Part shown: positions 59,524 through 64,000 of the stretch, in pieces
Layout: each line of letters begins with the position of its first letter
How positions within the stretch are numbered: the stretch's first letter is position 1
Assembly: GCA_001643675.2 (NCBI GenBank)
Contig: LSRY02000022.1
Coordinates: forward strand, 682,001-746,000
DNA from: Monocercomonoides exilis PA203
Taxonomy: Eukaryota; Protista; Preaxostyla
Reading direction: 5' to 3'
Length of the DNA stretch: 64,000 nucleotides
Notes under the pieces: generated by a model
Database searches by the model: none
Seen by the model: the letters and a program-made list of their open reading frames with translations, nothing else
Told to the model about the DNA's origin: nothing
Translations under genes and position numbers: made by a program

Positions 59524-59844
59524 ATGGAAACAAGTGTTGCAATAAAGCTGAACGTAAATGTCGATGTCAATGAATTATTTAAATCGGCATTTAACTTTAT
59601 ATACGGAGGAACAAACTATCAGAAGCAGTCTGTTGATGGCGGAACTTGGATTTCATATACTGACGGTGAACGAATTATTTCATGCTATTTCCATCCATCA
59701 AAGAAACACTCTGCCACTGCGCAAAGCAAACTTTTAGGTGCAGTTATCAGTAACCAACGCTCCATTGCAGAGGCAGGAGAATGGGCTTGCGCCTGCTGCA
59801 AAAAGAAGATGGGAGTTGGACACACCTTCTACAATACATTGTAG
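59524..59844 (+). CDS. Lactococcin 972-family bacteriocin-like protein
   Basis: GGTW...S-x-Y-x-H-x-SKKHSAT...RS-x-A-x-AG-x-WA-x-A...FYN is the lactococcin_972 family signature with the expected spacing. 106 aa from ATG 59524, intronless. Confidence 0.8.
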   Translation: METSVAIKLNVNVDVNELFKSAFNFIYGGTNYQKQSVDGGTWISYTDGERIISCYFHPSKKHSATAQSKLLGAVISNQRSIAEAGEWACACCKKKMGVGHTFYNTL

Positions 59845-60228
59845 AAGAATTCACAATAGAATTTAGTCATACCCTATATTTTTGTCTATTTTTTGGTTTT
59901 GTATTATATTTTCATTTATTTTGGCATTTGAGCAATTTTTGTGAAACATAATAAATAATAAGTTGTGCATTAAATCGAAAGGAAAATGAAGGTTAGAGGG
60001 GAGGAGGATGAAAATTAATAAAGAAATATTCTTAAAAAAATTATTGAGGATTCAAGGTTCTAAAAAAAATTTATAATTAAAAAAAAAAAATAAAATAAAA
60101 TAAATAAATAAATTAATTAATTAATTAATTAATTAATACGTATATATTTATTGAAACGATAAAAATTCTGGTAAGATTCAAGAGAGCTGGTACCAAAAAT
60201 TCAATATAAAATTAGCAAAAAATAAATA

Positions 60229-60302
60229 GGGTCTAGTGGGAATTGAACCCAGACCCTAGTTCAATGGTCGGACATCAACCAACCACTAGACCATTATCGC
60301 AC
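60229..60302 (-). pseudogene. tRNA-like sequence (pseudo-tRNA or SINE head)
   Basis: Minus strand GTGCGATAATGGTCTAGTGG (box A-like)...GGGTTCAATTCCC (box B / T-arm). Acceptor and anticodon stems do not form properly. Confidence 0.4.
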
Positions 60303-60924
60303 CCACATTAGAACTTAAACGAATTGAGTGGGTCAATTCGAATTGATTTAGTCAATTCGTTTTTTGTTTATTTAAACGGTTTTGACTCTGTCAATTCGGT
60401 TTTATATTTATTTTTGATCACTGTTTTTCGATTTTTATTATGGAAACATTTTGATCCGATTTTTTAACATGTTTCATGAAACTTAATGTTTAGAACAAAT
60501 TGACTGAAAAACGTAACGGTGTGTGTTTTGTTATTAATTGTTTTTTTGATTGTGCATGGTTTTTTTTTCGATCAAACAATTTTATTATGATCCTAAAATT
60601 TTTGTATAAAATGTGTTTCAAGCCATATCTTGAAGCGATCTGCATTGCAAGCGAGATTAGGACAGTCAGGAGTTTCATCACAAAGATGAAGCGATAGTTT
60701 ATTTCGCATCCCGATTTCCTTTTCACTTTTTTTTTTTATAATTTTTAATTTCCTTGACTCAACATTGAAAAAATAGATGATTAGCATTTTTTTTGAATAT
60801 TTTTTTGAAAATCTTTCAACAATTTAAAAAATAAAATATTTGTTATATAAAAAAGCTACTGTTTAATATTTTTGAAAAGTGAATTGATATAACAGAAAAA
60901 TTTGTTAAAAATATCATAAGATAA

Positions 60925-61424
60925 TTACTTTTGGCTTAGCAGTGATTGTAAGGGACTTGAATTTGTGTTCTTTTTTGATGATCCTGCTTTTTCTGATTTA
61001 TTTGAAGATGTTCTGCATGAAGTTGAAGATGAGGAAGCGGTTTGAGAATTAAGAAAATATAAAGAGTCTGAAGCATTTAAACTTTCATTTTGAGAAAGAG
61101 GAATTGATGAAGATAATTGATCAAAACAGGAAAATGAAGAAACTCTGGAAGAAGATGAAAAGGAAGATGAAGATGATGAAGATGGGGAAGAAAACGCAGG
61201 AAAAGGTTGAGAAGATGTTTGAGTAAATAAATTGGTTGACTTCCATTGATTCGGAAGAAACCAAGCCTGAGAATTGTCAGATATCAGACTTTGTTCATCG
61301 GAAATGCATCTTTCTCGCTCAAGCGCTTCAATTCTTTTATTATTCCTTTGATCTTGAATTGTCTCAATTTCTTTCTCTCTTCGCTGCTTTGCTTTTTCAG
61401 CTAATAATGTTCTGTGATCACTAT
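60925..61424 (-). CDS. Predicted exon 2 of the transposase (coiled coil + Ser-rich tail)
   Basis: Candidate GC-AG intron 61516-61425 (GAG|GCTTAT...TTTAG|AT) joins in frame to 166 codons ending at TAA 60925. Confidence 0.5.
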
Positions 61425-62621
61425 CTAAATCATATTAAAAATAAAAATATGGTAAAATGAAGAAGAAAAAAAGTCACTAAAAATAAACAATAATGGTATT
61501 AAAATGGAAAATAAGCCTCCTAAATCTGCTAATAATGAAGTAATTGTGGGTGTAGGTGATTCTGTAGGATTCAGTCTATTTTTCATTTTTGATAAGTATC
61601 TCTCGTTTGTTATCTTTCTGGCTTCTATTTTTCTCATGTGACTAGCATAAAGCTCCTCCAAAAACAATGTATTTGCTTCTGCATCTTTCTTTGTGAGTGG
61701 ATTTTGTAATATATGGAAGTTAGTGAGGCAGCATGCTACGCAAAAATAGTCTGCAACCTTCACAACATCAAATAACCAAGGTTTTCTGAAGACGGTGAAG
61801 AGTGTTTTGAGTCTTCCGAAAAATCTTTCCACGATAACGCGATGTGTAGCCAATTCTGGTGTTCCCACGGGCTTTGTGATGATAGCTTCAAGCTCTGGTT
61901 TTGCTCCAATGTAAGCAGAGTCAGCTAAAATCTTTGCTCCTCCCAGCCTATGCTCGAATGTCGGGTAGTGCTCTTTGAAGATAGTGAAATCATGTGTCGA
62001 ACCAGTGTAGATGGAGCTGATCGTGCTTGCTGTCCCCACCTTGGGGTTCACTCCAACCTCCGCTTTGACACAGTAAATATGATGCTTTCCTGAATAGTAT
62101 TTTTTTCCATATTCCAGCTTTCCTCCCGGTCTGTTTGTTGGTATGACAGTGCAATCAACAACAATTCCCACATCTTTCAACTCCTCCAAACGATCAGGAC
62201 GAAAAGACAGAAAAAGTTCTGTCAGTTGATGTTTGATAGATGTTGCTGTTGAGTGCAGCAAACGAACAACCGCACTTTGTGTTTCATATTTGGATTTCGC
62301 CAGCAACAATGTCATTGTGAGCGAGCCATGATGAAGAAAATTTATTAGTAAGAAAAGTTGCTCCTCCAAAGAGTCAATTGCTTTGACCTTTCCACGATGA
62401 GGAAAAGCATTATCAGAAAGAAGCTGAGAAAGAAGATCAAATTCTGAACGACTAAATCCAGTCAATCTGAAAAATCCAGTTGACTTATCCAAAAATTTCG
62501 AACAAGCTATTTCGATAATTGTTGTGTTTTTTTCTTCTTTTGTTACATGAATATGTGTCGGAATGACATTCCTTTTTTCTACACATTTCAGAACATCCAT
62601 AAAAGTGTTTTGAGACATCAA
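61425..62621 (-). CDS. DDE_Tnp_4 (Harbinger/IS5-like) transposase, exon 1
   Basis: VVDCTVIP, YYSGKHH, GSTHD, LADSAY and RVIVERFFGRLK. Confidence 0.9.
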   Translation of the reverse strand: MMSQNTFMDVLKCVEKRNVIPTHIHVTKEEKNTTIIEIACSKFLDKSTGFFRLTGFSRSEFDLLSQLLSDNAFPHRGKVKAIDSLEEQLFLLINFLHHGSLTMTLLLAKSKYETQSAVVRLLHSTATSIKHQLTELFLSFRPDRLEELKDVGIVVDCTVIPTNRPGGKLEYGKKYYSGKHHIYCVKAEVGVNPKVGTASTISSIYTGSTHDFTIFKEHYPTFEHRLGGAKILADSAYIGAKPELEAIITKPVGTPELATHRVIVERFFGRLKTLFTVFRKPWLFDVVKVADYFCVACCLTNFHILQNPLTKKDAEANTLFLEELYASHMRKIEARKITNERYLSKMKNRLNPTESPTPTITSLLADLGGLFSILIPLLFIFSDFFSSSFYHIFIFNMI

Positions 62622-64000
62622 TTCACTCTTTTCAAAACGTCAAAAACAATGCAACCCTTTGTTTATATTTATCAAATGATCAAAAATGCACCCATGATTT
62701 AATTTAATAGTTTTGACTTTGTAAAAACCGTTTTTTATTTATTATATTTGTTTTATGTTCGTTTAAATGGTATTGGATTTATCTAACACCAAATGACTAA
62801 ATAAAATAGTTTTAGTTCTATTAGCGTGTCAAATACCCGGGAATAATTCCCTTTTTAATTATTATTAAAGATCAAGTGAAAATAAATCCCATTTTCAGTT
62901 TAAAGAAAAATGTTCTTTGTGAGTTTTAATACTTATAAAAACAAATTTGAGTGAAACAACTCAAATCTCAACAGTTCGGTTGAATGTTAGTTATATTCTT
63001 TCAATATTTTTATTTTCTAACTTCTTATTCTTTGATGATTTCTTTTTCATATTTTTCATTCAATAAATCGATGAATCCAAACTAATGCAAAAACAACAGA
63101 TGTAATTATTCACCACAATTCATGTAGAAGAATGTACAAATGTGTTTTAATTAAAATCAACAAGTTTGTTAAGTATAAATTGTTATCATATCATTATTTA
63201 GTTTGGAATTAAATATTCTAATTGTTTATGAAATAATCGCAACTATAAATGTTTTTATTGATTAAAACGTTACGAATTCTTTCCAGTTATAAGCGATCAA
63301 AAGTCTATACGAAAATGTGCTCGCGTGGAAGTTGAAAATCCAATATGCATTTATTTCGCGTATGTGAAAACAAGTCTTTTTATCATCAACACCTTCTTGT
63401 GCATGACCCATCTCAACCTCATCCCTCTCAGTGGCTGTCCACTCCTCACTGCCCAACACCACTCTGCTGCCACCATCTGCTCCTCCACTTGCACCATCCA
63501 CCCACCTTCCCTCACCAACAGCCACCACCACCACTGCCCCCTCTTCCTCTCTGCCCATGCCTCCCTCGCCCTCACAAACTTCTCCCTCATCACCCACCAA
63601 CCTGCCATCTTCTCCTTCCCCCTCTTCTCCACCACAAACAATCTCCTCCATAATGCCCACTCCCCAATCCCTGCCTCCTTCTCCATCTCCCATTCTTCTT
63701 GCTCCTCATTCATTCTCTTCTTCCGCCTCTTCCTCTTCTTCTTCCATCTGTCCCTCTTCTTCACTCACCCCACCTCCCGGCTATTATGATAGCCTCTCTT
63801 CCTTTCCACCTTCTGAATTGTCAAACTCACACAACTCTCCCTCTGCCTTCCTCAGCTCCCTCTCTGTGCATAAATCTTTCACTGTTCGTGCTGCTGCATC
63901 TCCTCTCAGAAGATCGGACGATTATTATTCGGAAAGTGGGCTGCAGCCAATCTTTCCAACATTTTTAGACAGAATTGAAGGCATTGATGTCACAGTGGCA

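Larger units (their letters stand above)
60310..62819 (-). mobile_element. PIF/Harbinger-ISL2EU-type DNA transposon, imperfect TIRs, 3-bp ATT TSD
   Basis: ATT|AGAACTTAAAC...GTTTTAGTTCT|ATT. ATTTAGTCA and ATTTAAACG subterminal motifs are shared by both ends. Encloses the transposase. Confidence 0.65.

Overview
AT-rich eukaryotic DNA read with the standard code, with short spliceosomal introns. The gene families resemble those of the oxymonad gut protist Monocercomonoides (inference). The window is dominated by mobile DNA and decayed multigene-family copies. (1) A complete DIRS-type tyrosine-recombinase retrotransposon (45038-49614) with gag, RT/RNaseH/MTase-like and YR ORFs, ITRs and an ICR. 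It is nested in a ~1-kb foldback element that itself split a host gene at a TA. (2) An intact Helitron Rep/PIF1 gene with a probable AT-hook first exon and a hairpin-CTCG|T 3' end. (3) A PIF/Harbinger-like element. (4) A frameshifted Sola2-like transposase, plus 240-bp and 88-bp MITEs with AWWT 4-bp TSDs. (5) A pogo-like fragment and a decayed second DIRS. Host content includes pseudogenised beta-helix/GGAI-type surface-protein copies and four paralogs of a helical lineage-specific family. Two intronless bacterial-type genes stand out: an acyltransferase-3 (41487-42761) and a lactococcin-972-family bacteriocin-like gene (59524-59844), which may be a horizontally acquired antibacterial.
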